A DNA stretch of 64,000 nucleotides. It comes from Tubulanus polymorphus. Taxonomy: Eukaryota; Animalia; Nemertea. This document shows positions 1 to 13,200 of the stretch, in pieces. Position numbers and translations under genes: made by a program. The DNA is taken from positions 11,792,962 to 11,856,961 of the forward strand of contig NC_134034.1 in NCBI RefSeq assembly GCF_964204645.1, in the 5' to 3' direction. Below the pieces are notes generated by a model that was not told where the DNA came from, searched no databases, and was given only the letters and a program-made list of their open reading frames with translations. Every line of letters begins with the position of its first letter. Within the stretch, counting starts at the first letter, position 1.

Positions 1-1295
1 TGCTGCCGGTGTTCCTACAGTAGTTGAAACTCCTGGTGTTCCTACAGTAGTTGTGCCTGGTGTTCCTATAGTAGTTGAAGCTGCTGGTGTTCCTACAGTA
101 GTTGAAGCTGCTGGTGTTCCTATAGTAGTTGAAGCTGCTGGTGTTCCTACAGTAGTTGTAGCTGCTGGTATTCCTACAGTAGTTGAAACTCCTGGTGTTC
201 CTACAGTAGTTGTGCCTGGTGTTCCTACAGTAGTTGAAACTGCTGGTGTTCCTACAGTAGTTGAAGCTGCTGGTATTCCTACAGTAGTTGAAACTCCTGG
301 TGTTCCAACAGTAGTTGTGCCTGGTGTTCCTACAGTAGTTGAAACTGCTGGTGTTCCTACAGTAGTTGTGCCTGGTGTTCCTACAGTAGTTGAAACTGCT
401 GGTGTTCCTACAGTAGTTGAAGCTGCTGGTGTTCCTACAGTAGTTGTGCCTGGTGTTCCTACAGTAGTTGAAACTGCTGGTGTTCCTACAGTAGTTGAAG
501 CTGCTGGTATTCCTACAGTAGTTGAAACTCCTGGTGTTCCAACAGTAGTTGTGCCTGGTGTTCCTACAGTAGTTGAAACTGCTGGTGTTCCTACAGTAGT
601 TGTGCCTGGTGTTCCTACAGTAGTTGAAACTGCTGGTGTTCCTACAGTAGTTGTGCCTGGTGTTCCTACAGTAGTTGAAACTGCTGGTGTTCCTACAGTA
701 GTTGTGCCTGGTGTTCCTACAGTAGTTGAAACTGCTGGTATTCCTACAGTAGTTGTTGCTGCCGGTGTTCCTACAGTAGTTGAAGCTGCTGGTGTTCCTA
801 CAGTAGTTGAAGCTGCTGGTGTTCCTACAGTAGTTGTGCCTGGTGTTCCTACAGTAGTTGAAACTGCTGGTGTTCCTACAGTAGTTGTGCCTGGTGTTCC
901 TACAGTAGTTGAAACTGCTGGTGTTCCTACAGTAGTTGATGCTGCTGGTATTCCTACAGTAGTTGAAACTCCTGGTGTTCCTACAGTAGTTGTGCCTGGT
1001 GTTCCTACAGTAGTTGAAACTGCTGGTGTTCCTACAGTAGTTGTGCCTGGTGTTCCTACAGTAGTTGAAACTGCTGGTGTTCCTACAGTAGTTGTGCCTG
1101 GTGTTCCTACAGTAGTTGAAACTGCTGGTGTTCCTACAGTAGTTGATGCTGCTGGTATTCCTACAGTAGTTGAAACTCCTGGTGTTCCTACAGTAGTTGT
1201 GCCTGGTGTTCCTATAGTAGTTGAAACTGCTGGTGTTCCTACTGTAGTTGTTACTCCTGGTGTTCCTATAGTAGTAGCAGGCCCATGTGTTGTAC
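1..1295 (-). CDS. Mucin PTS exon of 21- and 24-nt units; runs off the window
   Basis: Acceptor AG at 1296-1297; open frame [17 protein letters not shown]... Confidence 0.88.
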
Positions 1296-4200
1296 CTAGA
1301 GGTGTTGATAAGACCGATTATGAGATAGTTTGTGAGCTTATTCTTTATGTCAAGTGCCGTTTAAACTTTGTTTTAACTATGAATTTTGTAATTTGATCGT
1401 ATTTTCCATTTTTGTGAATCAGGTCGATAAGATTTGTACGGAAGCCCCTAGGTGACATACGAGAAAGTTTTTTCACAATTTCTGGTGTTCATAATAAGTC
1501 GAATTTCGACATAATAAGTCGAATTTCGTGTTAATTAAGTCGAATTTTGACTTAATAAGTCGAAATTCGACATAACAAGTCGAATTTCGTGTTAATCAAG
1601 TCGAATTTCGAGTTAATTAAGTCGAATTTCGAGTTTTATTTTCATGTCGAATTTGGACTTATTAAGTCGAAATTCGACTTGATTAACACGAAATTCGACT
1701 TATTAAGTCGAAATTCGACTTAATTAACACGAAATTCGACTTATTAAGTCGAAATTCGACTTAATAAGTCGAAATTATGAAAAAAATTATCTCATATGTC
1801 ACCTAGGGGCTTCCGTAGATTTGAGCATGAATTCGGAAAAAGATTAATCGAACTAAATTAACCTGAAACAACCACTCAAATTAACAACCGAATTCATCTC
1901 GAAGTGGAGAATAAGGTTATGGCAAATTGGATTCAGATCCACTAAGTTGATTCCAGTTGACCGTGCCATCGAGACAAATTAGTAACGAACTGTGGAACCG
2001 GATCTTGGTTTTTATGGTAAAAGTTATAGAGCAATTCTAAACGCATATATATATATATATATCAATCGCTACAGTAATAAGCACTAATAATAAGCACTAG
2101 AAAGAGAAACGACATCTTTAATACTAGGACAATTCATTTCAGTCACAGATATCTATAAGCAAAAGATCCAGTTATATTTCTGAACCATTTAAACCACTGA
2201 AATCATTGAGACGATGCACGATAGATCATAAATCGCATTCGATTGACGTAACTTCTCCATCCACCCAAGAAACACGTATTGTACTCAGAGAATTAAACAT
2301 AGCCTTTCCAAGTCCGACATATTATCTATAGCAAGTGATTGGACAACTATATCATTTGAAATAGATTGATTATATAAATGAGACTCGGCGACCTAATCTG
2401 CCAGCGCTGGACGCGAAACGGATAATACAAAAATCTATATAACTTTTTACTGACGAAAGCGATAAGCAAGAAGCGGACATTACATTTGACTTACTAACAT
2501 AACAACAAATCTATTGATGAATTATATAGATGGTATTTGTCAACAACAAGCAGCCACCGCTGAGTCCGAAACGGATAATACACAAACGCATCTATCTGAC
2601 TTTGAACTGGCGAAAGCGACAATAATACCAAAGCGGACATTACATTTTTGACTTACTAACACAACTGGGTTCGGTAGTGTTTTGGCAATAAGTTCTACCG
2701 TTAAACTCAAAACCTTCAAAACCATTTGGGCATTTACAGAACCTGCAGAGCTCGTTATACGTGACGTCACCCAAGCATTTGCATCCGGTGCAAATGCAAA
2801 AAGTTTTACATTCTATACAAAATGAATATAACACAGGAAACTTTAACAATTGATGAAATGTACACGTCCCTGAGCGATGTCATTAAACGGTGCAGCAAAC
2901 AACTCACGTCCATAGGTAACTGTTGTAGAAGTTGTTGTAACTGCGAATTCGCTAACACCCCCTGTTAAATAATTTTGAAACAGATTACTCGCCTGATCTT
3001 GTAAACAGGTGTTTAGAGATTTGAATCATAATTTTGTAAAACCATAGCAGCTTTTGCGAAAACTAACAGTTTTGGAAGAGAACACATTGTTAATCACGCA
3101 GTGGCAAAGAGAAAATACATTATTCGAATATCAATGAATTGACAAGGTTGATGTAGAATTGCTGCTGAAGTGAAGTAAAAGATGTTAGATATTGTTTCGG
3201 GTACCAGAATCGGGAGATTTTTGCCTACCTACAGTAGTTGTTGTCCCTACAGTAGTTGTTGGTGCTGGTGTGGCCAAAGTAGTTGTTGTTCCTAGTGTCC
3301 CTATAACTGTTGTAGTTCCTGGTGTACTGGTGGTAGTACTAGGTTTTAGTGTTCCTACAGTTGTTGTTGGTGCGCGGGTACTTTCAGTAGGTTGAATACC
3401 GATGCATGCATTGATTACAACATCAGATATTATTGGTTGTGTTTTCTTGTTTCCAACGATCGAAATCCTTATGAATGGTTCGTTAACATCCGGTCCGAAA
3501 TGGTACACGATGCTTCCATTGAATTGTTTCCATTTGTGTTCCCTTTTGTACTTGCTTCCGTCTTTGCTAGTGAGCAGTTGAACTTTGGCCACCGATTGAG
3601 GTTTAAATGAAATCCATCTCAGTTGTACTTTTGTTGCAGATTTGATTTCGTAGGTGATATCCCCTTTTTTATTGTTTGTTGGTGGTGACCACAACCCCCC
3701 TACGCTTTTTAGTGACTTGTAGCCATCTTTTGGGTCATTTATTTGAAAATTAGTCGAGACAGAATCGAAAGTTGTTGGTATACAAAGCTCGGGGCTTGTC
3801 GTTATTTTAGTCGTCGTTTGCGTGGTTGTTGCAGCTGGTTTTGTCGGTTTCGTAGGAGTAGTATTCGTAGTTGATGGTGTAATCGTGGATGTTTCTATCA
3901 GGAAAACGAACAGAACATTATCTCAAAAGTAAATCTAGTTACACACACGTCTATTCTAGATCATCACAAATGAATAAAACAAAATGAGATATTGCAAAAG
4001 GAATCAAACATACGGTATGAATTAATCTTTTTTAAAAGGTTTATAAATGTCATATGCTATGTAGGTACAATATGAATACACATAATACAAATATCATTGA
4101 ATTAGTGATGCTACAATGTCTGTTTATCTACAGTGGAAAAGTGTATGATGTTGGGGATACTGTTATAATCAATCATCCAGGAGTGTTTGCATACCTAAAA

Positions 4201-7200
4201 TTGTAGTTGACCCTAACGTTCCTACAGTAGTCGTAGGTCCTGGAGCTCTTAGAGTAGTTGTACCTGGTGTTCCTATAGTAGTTGTACCTGGTGTTCCTAC
4301 ACTAGTTGTACCTGGTGTTCCTATAGTAGTTGTTGGTGCAGGTGTTCCTACAGTAGTTATACCTGGTGTTCCTACAGTAGTTGTACCTGGTGTTCCTACA
4401 ATTGTTGTTGTAGTCGTCGATTCTGTGAATTCAGGTGGAGTTTGTGGTGCCACAATAGGTGTAGTAGCTGTACCTGGTGTTCCTACAGTAGTTGTACCTG
4501 GTGTTCGTACAGTAGTTGTACCTGGTGTTCGTACAGTAGTTGTACCTGGTGTTCGTACAGTAGTTGTACCTGGTGTTCGTACAGTAGTTGTACCTGGTGT
4601 TCCTACAATTGTTGTTGTAGTCGTCGATTCTGTGAATTCAGGTGGAGTTTGTGGTGCCACAATAGGTGTTGTAGTAGTTGTACCTGGTGTTCCTACAGTA
4701 GTTATACCTGGTGTTCCTACAGTAGTTGTACCTGGTGTTCCTACAGTAGTTGTACCTGGTGTTCCTACAGTAGTTGTACCTGGTGTTCCTATAGTAGTTG
4801 TACCTGGTGTTCCTACAGTAGTTATACCTGGTGTTCCTACAGTAGTTATACCTGGTGTTCCTACAGTAGTTGTACCTGGTGTTCCTATAGTAGTTGTACC
4901 TGGTGTTCCTACACTAGTTGTACCTGGTGTTCCTATAGTAGTTGTTGGTGCAGGTGTTCCTACAGTAGTTGTACCTGGTGTTCCTACACTAGTTGTACCT
5001 GGTGTTCCTATAGTAGTTGTTGGTGCAGGTGTTCCTACAGTAGTTATACCTGGTGTTCCTACAGTAGTTGTACCTGATGTTGCTACAGTAGTTGTACCTG
5101 GTGTTCCTACAATTGTTGTTGTAGTCGTCGATTCTGTGAATTCAGGTGGAGTTTGTGGTGCCACACTAGGTGTTGTAGTAGTTGTACCTGGTGTTCCTAC
5201 AGTAGTTGTACCTGGTGTTCCTACAGTAGTTGTACCTGGTGTTCCTACAGTAGTTGTACCTGGTGTTCCTACAATTGTTGTTGTAGTCGTCGATTCTGTG
5301 AATTCAGGTGGAGTTTGTGGTGCCACACTAGGTGTTGTAGTAGTTGTACCTGGTGTTCCTACAGTAGTTATACCTGGTGTTCCTACAGTAGTTGTACCTG
5401 GTGTTCCTATAGTAGTTGTACTTGGTGATCCTACAGTAGTTGTACCTGGTGTTCCTACAATTGTTGTTGTAGTCGTTGATTCTGTGAATTCAGGTGGAGT
5501 TTGTGGTGCCACAATAGGTGTGGTAGTAGTTATACCTGGTGTTCCTACGGTAGTTGTACCTGGTGTTCCTACAGCAGTTGTACCTGGTGTTCCTACAGTA
5601 GTTGTACCTGGTGTTCCTACAGTAGTTGTACCTGGTGTTCCTACAGTAGTTGTACCTGGTGTTCCTACAGTAGTTGTACCTTGTGTTCCTACAATTGTTG
5701 TTGTAGTCGTCGATTCTGAGAATTCAGGTGGAGTTTGTGGTGCCACAATAGGTGTAGTAGCTGTACCTGGCGTTCCAACAGTAGTTGTACCTGGCGTTCC
5801 TATAGTAGTTGTGCCTGGTGTTCCTATAGTAGTTGTACCTGGTGTTCCTACAGTAGTTATACCTGGTGTTCCTACAGTAGTTGTACCTGGTGTTCCTACA
5901 GTAGTTATACCTGGTGTTCCTATAGTAGTTGTACCTGGTGTTCCTACAGTAGTTATACCTGGTGTTCCTACAGTAGTTGTACTTGGTGTTCCTACAGTAG
6001 TTGTACCTGGTGTTCCTACAATTGTTGTTGTAGTCGTCGATTCTGTGAATTCAGGTGGAGTTTGTGGTGCCACACTAGGTGTTGTAGTAGTTGTACCTGG
6101 TGTTCCTACAGTAGTTATACCTGGTGTTCCTATAGTAGTTGTACCTGGTGTTCCTACAGTAGTTGTACCTGGTGTTCCTACAATTGTTGTTGTAGTCGTC
6201 GATTCAGTGAATTCAGGTGGAGTTTGTGGTGCCACACTAGGTGTAGTAGTTGTACCTGGTGTTCCTACAGTAGTTGTACCTGGTGTTGCTACAGTAGTTG
6301 TACCTGGTGTTCCTACAGTAGTTGTACCTGGTGTTCCTACAATTGTTGTTGTAGTCGTCGATTCAGTGAATTCAGGTGGAGTTTGTGGTGCCACAATAGG
6401 TGTAGTAGCTGTACCTGGTGTTCCTACAGTAGTTATACCTGGTGTTCCTATAGTAGTTGTGCCTGGTGTTCCTACAGTAGTTGTACCTGGTGTTCCTATA
6501 GTAGTTGTACCCGGTGTTCCTACAGTAGTTGTACCTGGTGTTCCTACAGTAGTTGTACCTGGTGTTCCTATAGTAGTTGTACCCGGTGTTCCTACAGTAG
6601 TTGTACCTGGTGTTCCTACAGTAGTTGTACCTGGTGTTCCTACAATTGTTGTTGTAGTCGTCGATTCAGTGAATTCAGGTGGAGTTTGTGGTGCCACACT
6701 AGGTGTTGTAGTAGTTGTACCTGGTGTTCCTACAGTAGTTATACCTGGTGTTCCTACAGTAGTTGTACCTGGTGTTCGTACAGTAGTTGTACCTGGTGTT
6801 CCTACAGTAGTTGTACCTGGTGTTCCTACATTAGTTGTTGTAGTCGTCGATTCTGTGAATTCAGGTGGAGTTTGTGGTGCCACACTAGGTGTTGTAGTAG
6901 TTGTACCTGGTGTTCCTAAAGTAGTTGTTGATCCTTGGCTGCCTAGTTGGGTAGTAGTTGGTATTATTGATGTTCCTAAATTATATGCCAAATTTCTTGT
7001 TGCAGTTATATCGTGGGGTGACTATTTGTCATTGAAAGTCATATTTGGTCAAAAGCTCTTTGTGACAGAGGAAACATTGTCATGAAGACTTGAAATACTT
7101 TATAGCGAAAATAGTCAGATGATTATCTTGTAGCGTTACTTCTTAGGTCACCAAAAGCTTCACACTTTACACGAGTCACTGTTACTACATGTATGTTAAC

Positions 7201-10200
7201 TTTAACTGCCTCATTGCTATCGATATAAAAAATCTTCGGTTGCTTCAAAGGCAAAAACGCCTAATGTTTACCCACTGTTTTAGATGATTAGCTTAGCCCA
7301 AAGTGTACTAGCAATTCCACGCGTAAGCTGCGTTTATATTTTTACCATACGTATGATATACAGGGCGCATATGCACTATTACTTCAAGTGGCTACACTTT
7401 ATTTCAGATTTAAAGTATAAAATTTGATGTACTTACCAATCGTGGTTGGTGTTGTAACCGGTGTCGTTACTAAAATTGAATATAAGAAACTAAATGTCAG
7501 TACATCAAAAAGTTTGACTTCGATGAACGTCTTTATACATTTTATGGATGAATTTGCATCCTTTGTCAAAGCTGTGCATTTAAGTTATCATTGGAATAAT
7601 CCAATATGAGAGTTGTACATACTAATACAATAGTAAACATCATTACCGCGATGGCAATTCTGATTACCATCGTGCCAGGAATGAAGCAGGTATGTTGGTG
7701 GACCAGCTTCGCTAGTGTTTCACAAAGGTGCTAAGGAAAACGTTACGGTTTCCCAATTGCTTTGGCTTTTTCTGCGAGCATTGCACAGGATAGCGCAAGG
7801 ACTTACCTGATTTAGATGTGTCCGCTAAATGAGCAAAGATAAATTGTCTAAGAAGTCGCAGGGTTCGCATAAATAGCAATTCATTTTCGTTATCAATGAG
7901 AAAATAAGAATAATGAGACCATTACCTTTTATAAAGATCAGATTAAAGAGAGTCCAAATAGAAATCAAAATGACAACCAAATACCTGTAGGTTGGATGTC
8001 AACACATGCTTTTATTACGACATCGGATAACTTCGGTGATTTCTTACTAACTCCTACGAGCTTTATCTTTATAAATGGCGTGTTATTGTACGGCTTGAAT
8101 TTGTACTTGATCGTTCCTTTGCAGTTATTCCACACTTTTTCACGGTTGTACTTGCTTCCGTCTTCGCTAGTGTACAGAAAAACTTTACGCACGGAACTAG
8201 GTTTAAACCAAATCCGGTTCAGTTGAACATTTGTTGCAGATTTGATTTTGTAGATGATTTCTCCACTTTTCCCTCGTGGCGACCACGACCCTCTTTCTCC
8301 TTTCAGTGACTCGTAACCGTTATTCGGCTTACTAGTTATTTGCAAATCAGTCGTGCGTGAATTGAACTTTTTTTGTTTACAAGGTCGAGGACTGGTCGTT
8401 GTTCGAATTGTCGTTTTTGTGGTTGTTGCAGTTGGTTCTGTCGGCGTCGCGGGAGAAGTAGGCGTAGCTGCTGGTGACACCGTGGATGTTTCTATCGGGG
8501 CAACAAACAGAGCATTATGCACTGTATGTATCAGTTACGCATTTGTCTATTCTGGATAGCCGTTTTCATCTGATTATCGACGCGCGAACAAAATTATTCG
8601 AGCATCTATGTATGAAATGGCAATAATTCATCAATCCGATTTCTGCCGAACACGTTTTTTAATTGGTTACTCGACCTGAGCATCAAGTCATTAATAGGGG
8701 TCCGATGCCCATTCTCGAATTGGCAAAACAACATGGCCACCGTTTTGAGCTGGATTACGGCACTTATCATCAAATTGCCCACTTTCAATGTGCCAGACAG
8801 GAACATGAAATCCTTAGAGCGTTTGGAAAACCTATAGACGCCAGAATGATTTTGCTCGTCACGCCCGTTCATGCATGCAATATGTAAAAAAATAGTGGAG
8901 GTATCATGCAATATATAAATATATATATATAGTTTAGGTACAAAATAATTGATACAAAACGTTACTTTTGGTATCAATATTTGAATCATAGTATAAGTTA
9001 CGCTTAGTAGCGATTGCTGATCAGATAGGATATGAGTTATTTTTTCATGCAACATGCAACACCATCATCCTCGCCTCGAGAGAACAAATATTCTAATAAA
9101 TGACTTACCTTTGTGGCAAACCTCTAAGGTTACATCGGTAGCGGGACTGCCAGCATTTACTGCTATTTCAACGAGCGAAGCCTCGAAACGTTTTAAGATA
9201 TCTGCACTGCCGGATGGCAAATCAATTTTCTGAAAAATGACGGGAGCCCAGATTAGGCGAAACGTTTGAACTACAAATTTATTGCTGATTTGGCTGATTG
9301 TGACGCCTGCATCTGGCAGTTCTCTTCGGTCTAGTCATGATCCTACTATTCGCCCTAGTCAACATCATTTTTCACGAAATTATGGAAGCAGTGCTTTTAA
9401 AATCTTAGCTGCAGCAAATCTATGGAATTTTATTCGACGAAAAAAAAAACAGGTTAGGTTCGCCCTTTCACTCCTTTGAACGTTGTCTTAAAATGTACCT
9501 CTTTATAGAATAGCATTTGCAGTGTATATATCTTTTTGATATCTAATCAATATCTCATCATAATCAACGTATCTTAAAGATTTTTATTTTCTTGTTTACA
9601 TTTTGTGTAACGCACCGTGATCGATTTCAATTAGTGTAGGGCGATATACAAGAAATAAGAAGATAGATTATTATTATTATTATTTCTGGCATTACTCTGA
9701 ATTTCTGGTGATTTTTTTTACCTCAGTGAGCGTCAGTTGTTTCGGGCTCGAAGGTTGATCGTATTTGACCGTTATCGACGATACCGCCGACGAGTAGGTC
9801 GTAAACTTTTCGATGAAGACGAACTCGGCGAAGGTGATCACGATACTGGTTCCAGCCTTCAATACAGTGCCGGTCGAGTTGTATTTAGCCGGGCTAATTT
9901 GCGTCAGGGATGGCTTTGAAACGACGCTCGTTACAAGACCAGGGATTCCGTAGATAGCCTGCAAAGTTCCCTCCGTACAAACTAGAGAAAACACAATCTC
10001 AAAAATACATTTTTGGTTGAATTCGACAATCTTTCTATCTCTATATCGATAATGATAATAATGATGATAGAATGATGCAATTTTACAAACAAAAGTAGCC
10101 TTATAAAGGATGCAATTATAAGTATGATATTCTGGTTGAGATGGAAGGGAAATGTTCTCGAAGAAGCAAATATATCTTTTACCAACAAGGCCTTATCACC

Positions 10201-13200
10201 TAGATCGTTTGAATAACAATTATTTCTCTTCTTTCTTCTTTACTTCTTTCTTTTTGAGGGCCCTATTTCATATTAACTGTTTCTCAGTTACTACAGGCCC
10301 AGTCGAGTTTAGTTTACTGTATTTCGTATTTTGTATCAATGTATACATTACGATGTAGATGATATTTGAAAATGAAGGCATTCGATACCGATATCAAAAC
10401 AGAAAAGAAATTCAACTTCAAATTGGGAAGAAATCTTCTATTTTCAACTGATTTCCGAGTTGGGGTTAATAACGAGACGCGTATTAAACCTACCGTGTGT
10501 CGGTAGTGTTGTTCCTGGAACGGTTGTTGTCGGTGTTGGTGTACCGGGTGTCGTACGAGGTGATGACACAGACGAAGACGGTGAGATTACTGTTGTTGTG
10601 GCTGTAATGTAAGACATTAAATGAAAATCGAAACGTAGTTTTTCACGTCATTTCAACTTCCCTCGTTTGAGCGCCACGTTTATTAGCTGGCTTGATATTT
10701 GTTTTCTCGATTAAGAGGGAGGGGGGACAAAGAAGAAGTTCCTTTCGATTAGCGGCTTTTTATTCTCTAAATTTTTTTTCGTTTATAACCCAACCCACGT
10801 TGAAATTTCAATGAAAATTCCAAATTACCTTTTTCCGTATTCATTTATCATATTGTCAAAAGTCAGGCCAAATATATCGTACCGAATTCGAAATCTTTAA
10901 TCGAAACTTTGCCATCTGTTAGTCACTACGCCTGTCTGGTCACAACATTGACCAGACAAACGATCAAACTTGATTTGTCGCTAGAGCTTATTGGTCTCGT
11001 GGCTAGCGTGTTCCGCTTATATGCTGAAGGTTCCGAGTTCGAATCCTTTGAAGAGTTAGGACTGGGATTGGAAATATTTTTGTTTGGGTTGTTTTCGAAT
11101 ATTGCCGCGAAGATATTTTCTAGCAAAAAGGTCTGGTCTAAGAATTTTGCAATTTTGAGAATTTAGAATTTTCTAACTTACAGCAAATCTGTTGCAGGAC
11201 GCAGCGATTGTCAATAATCTTGTACTGATCTGGACATACGTAATTCGGACAACATTGCGGGTGGTTCTTGCAATGTGAGGTTGCATCAGCGTTACATGGA
11301 ACCAAACAGTTGCACGTAATGTTCTCAACACAGTCTGTAAAAAATATTTAAAATACGTTACTCATAAATTGCCCGCATCGTATCATGATTTATTATGGCG
11401 AACCGCTGGGATTCAAGATTTGATTCAATTTGTTTTTCTTCAATTTCACTATTCGTTCACGTTTGAGTCGGAAATCGGTCCTTGAAATTTAAGCCGCGAT
11501 CACACGGAGATGATTTGGCCCGGGCCAAATTGGCACGGATCAGGCGCTCTCGGGCCAAATTTGGCCCGTGCCTAATTAGAGAGCGCGCTCACACGCAAAC
11601 CATTCAAACGCAATCATTTGTCTGGTGCTAAAATTTGGCTCGGGCCTGGTCCGACGTTTTTGGTCGGGCCAAATTTGGCACCCGTGTGAATAGTTGTTCC
11701 GGGCCAAATTTGGCACGGGCCAAAAATGTTCGTGTGATCGCGGCTTTAGTATATATGGAAAGAACGGAAACTGAAAACTTACAAACGGGAGTCGTGGGCG
11801 GTCCTGATGGTGTAGCGAATGGTGTCGTCGGCGGGGGTATAGTTGTTGTTAGAACCTCTTCGCAGATGAACTGCGGGCCTGTTAAAGACAAAAATCCATA
11901 CATTTACTACATATGAAATACGCGGAACAAAATAATGGAATCGAATTAAATGAGGGGCTTCTCCCTTTTAGTATGATTAGTAAGCGTACTAGTCCACGGT
12001 TTGGTTATACTTACTTGGTTGTGTACCGTCAGTGCAGTTCTTTACCAAAATCTTACAGCATGGTTTTTCCGGATCTTGAGTTAGATATTCTCCCTAAAAT
12101 GACGAAAAACGTAGAGAGATCATTGGCATGAGAAGAACGCATAATAGCTAATCTGCTTCCACCGCCAACCGGTCGGTAAGGTACCGTTCCGAGGAGGAGG
12201 CGTTCTCTCTTTCCAGCCGGACGTCGGCGCAACCGCCAACAATCTAGAATGGTATCTGGAAACAAAGATATCGACGGCACTGAACAAGATCTAGACAAAC
12301 AGATAATCAGATATGATTACCTTTTCTGGATCTGGTGTTGGCAGCTGTGGACACGTGGATGCGTTGTTCTTCGTTATGATTTTACCGTCCTTGCAGAAGC
12401 GGTAGGTACATTCCGTCAACGAGTCGATGATCTTATTTGCTTCGTGAGTTGTGTTGGTTTCCGGATCGACACACTTACATTCAGTTCGGTGAATACAAGT
12501 CGTGCCATCGTATACTTTTCCACCATCGCATTCGCAGCATCTTCCGTCGGGAGAGGTTACGCAGTCTCCCGTTTCCAGGAGTCCCGGACACACGTGTTTT
12601 CTGCAACATTCTTTAGTCGGTATGTCGACCTTACGTTCGTTAGTGTCGCAGACTACAAATCAGAAAATAAGGGGATATGAATAGAATACAAAATCATTGT
12701 GACAAGAGAAATCGAAGTTTAAAAAGACACAATGTTTCGGATTCTATCAATATAGGTCATCGCACAATTTTGAGGAGGACTGCTTTCTACTACCACCAGG
12801 ATTCAAACACATGAATCCTGGATTGATGAGAGACCAGTGAAAGACTGACTGCCTGCTACCACCAGGATTCAATCACATGAAACCTGGATTGATGAGAGAC
12901 CAGTGAAAGACTGACTGACTGCTACCACCAGGATTCAATCACATGAAACCTGGATTGATGAGAGACCAGTGAAAGACTGACTGCCTGCTACCACCAGGAT
13001 TCAAACACATGAATCCTGGATTGATGAGAGACCAGTGAAAGACTGACTGACTGCTACCACCAGGATTCAATCACATGAAACCTGGATTGATGAGAGACCA
13101 GTGAAAGACTGACTGACTGCTACCACCAGGATTCAATCACATGAACCCCGGATTGATGAGGACTGAGCAGGAATAATTCTTTAAACTTACCGCATCGAGT

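Noticed and set aside
53-7085. Long plus-strand ORFs (VPTVVVPG; WCSYSSCT)
   Set aside because: Antisense or alternative-frame shadows of the Thr/Pro codon repeats; splice signals and mucin composition support the minus strand.
8606-8887. Coding-looking ORFs on both strands in an intron
   Set aside because: No convincing splice sites or recognisable motif; the flanking exons join in frame without it.
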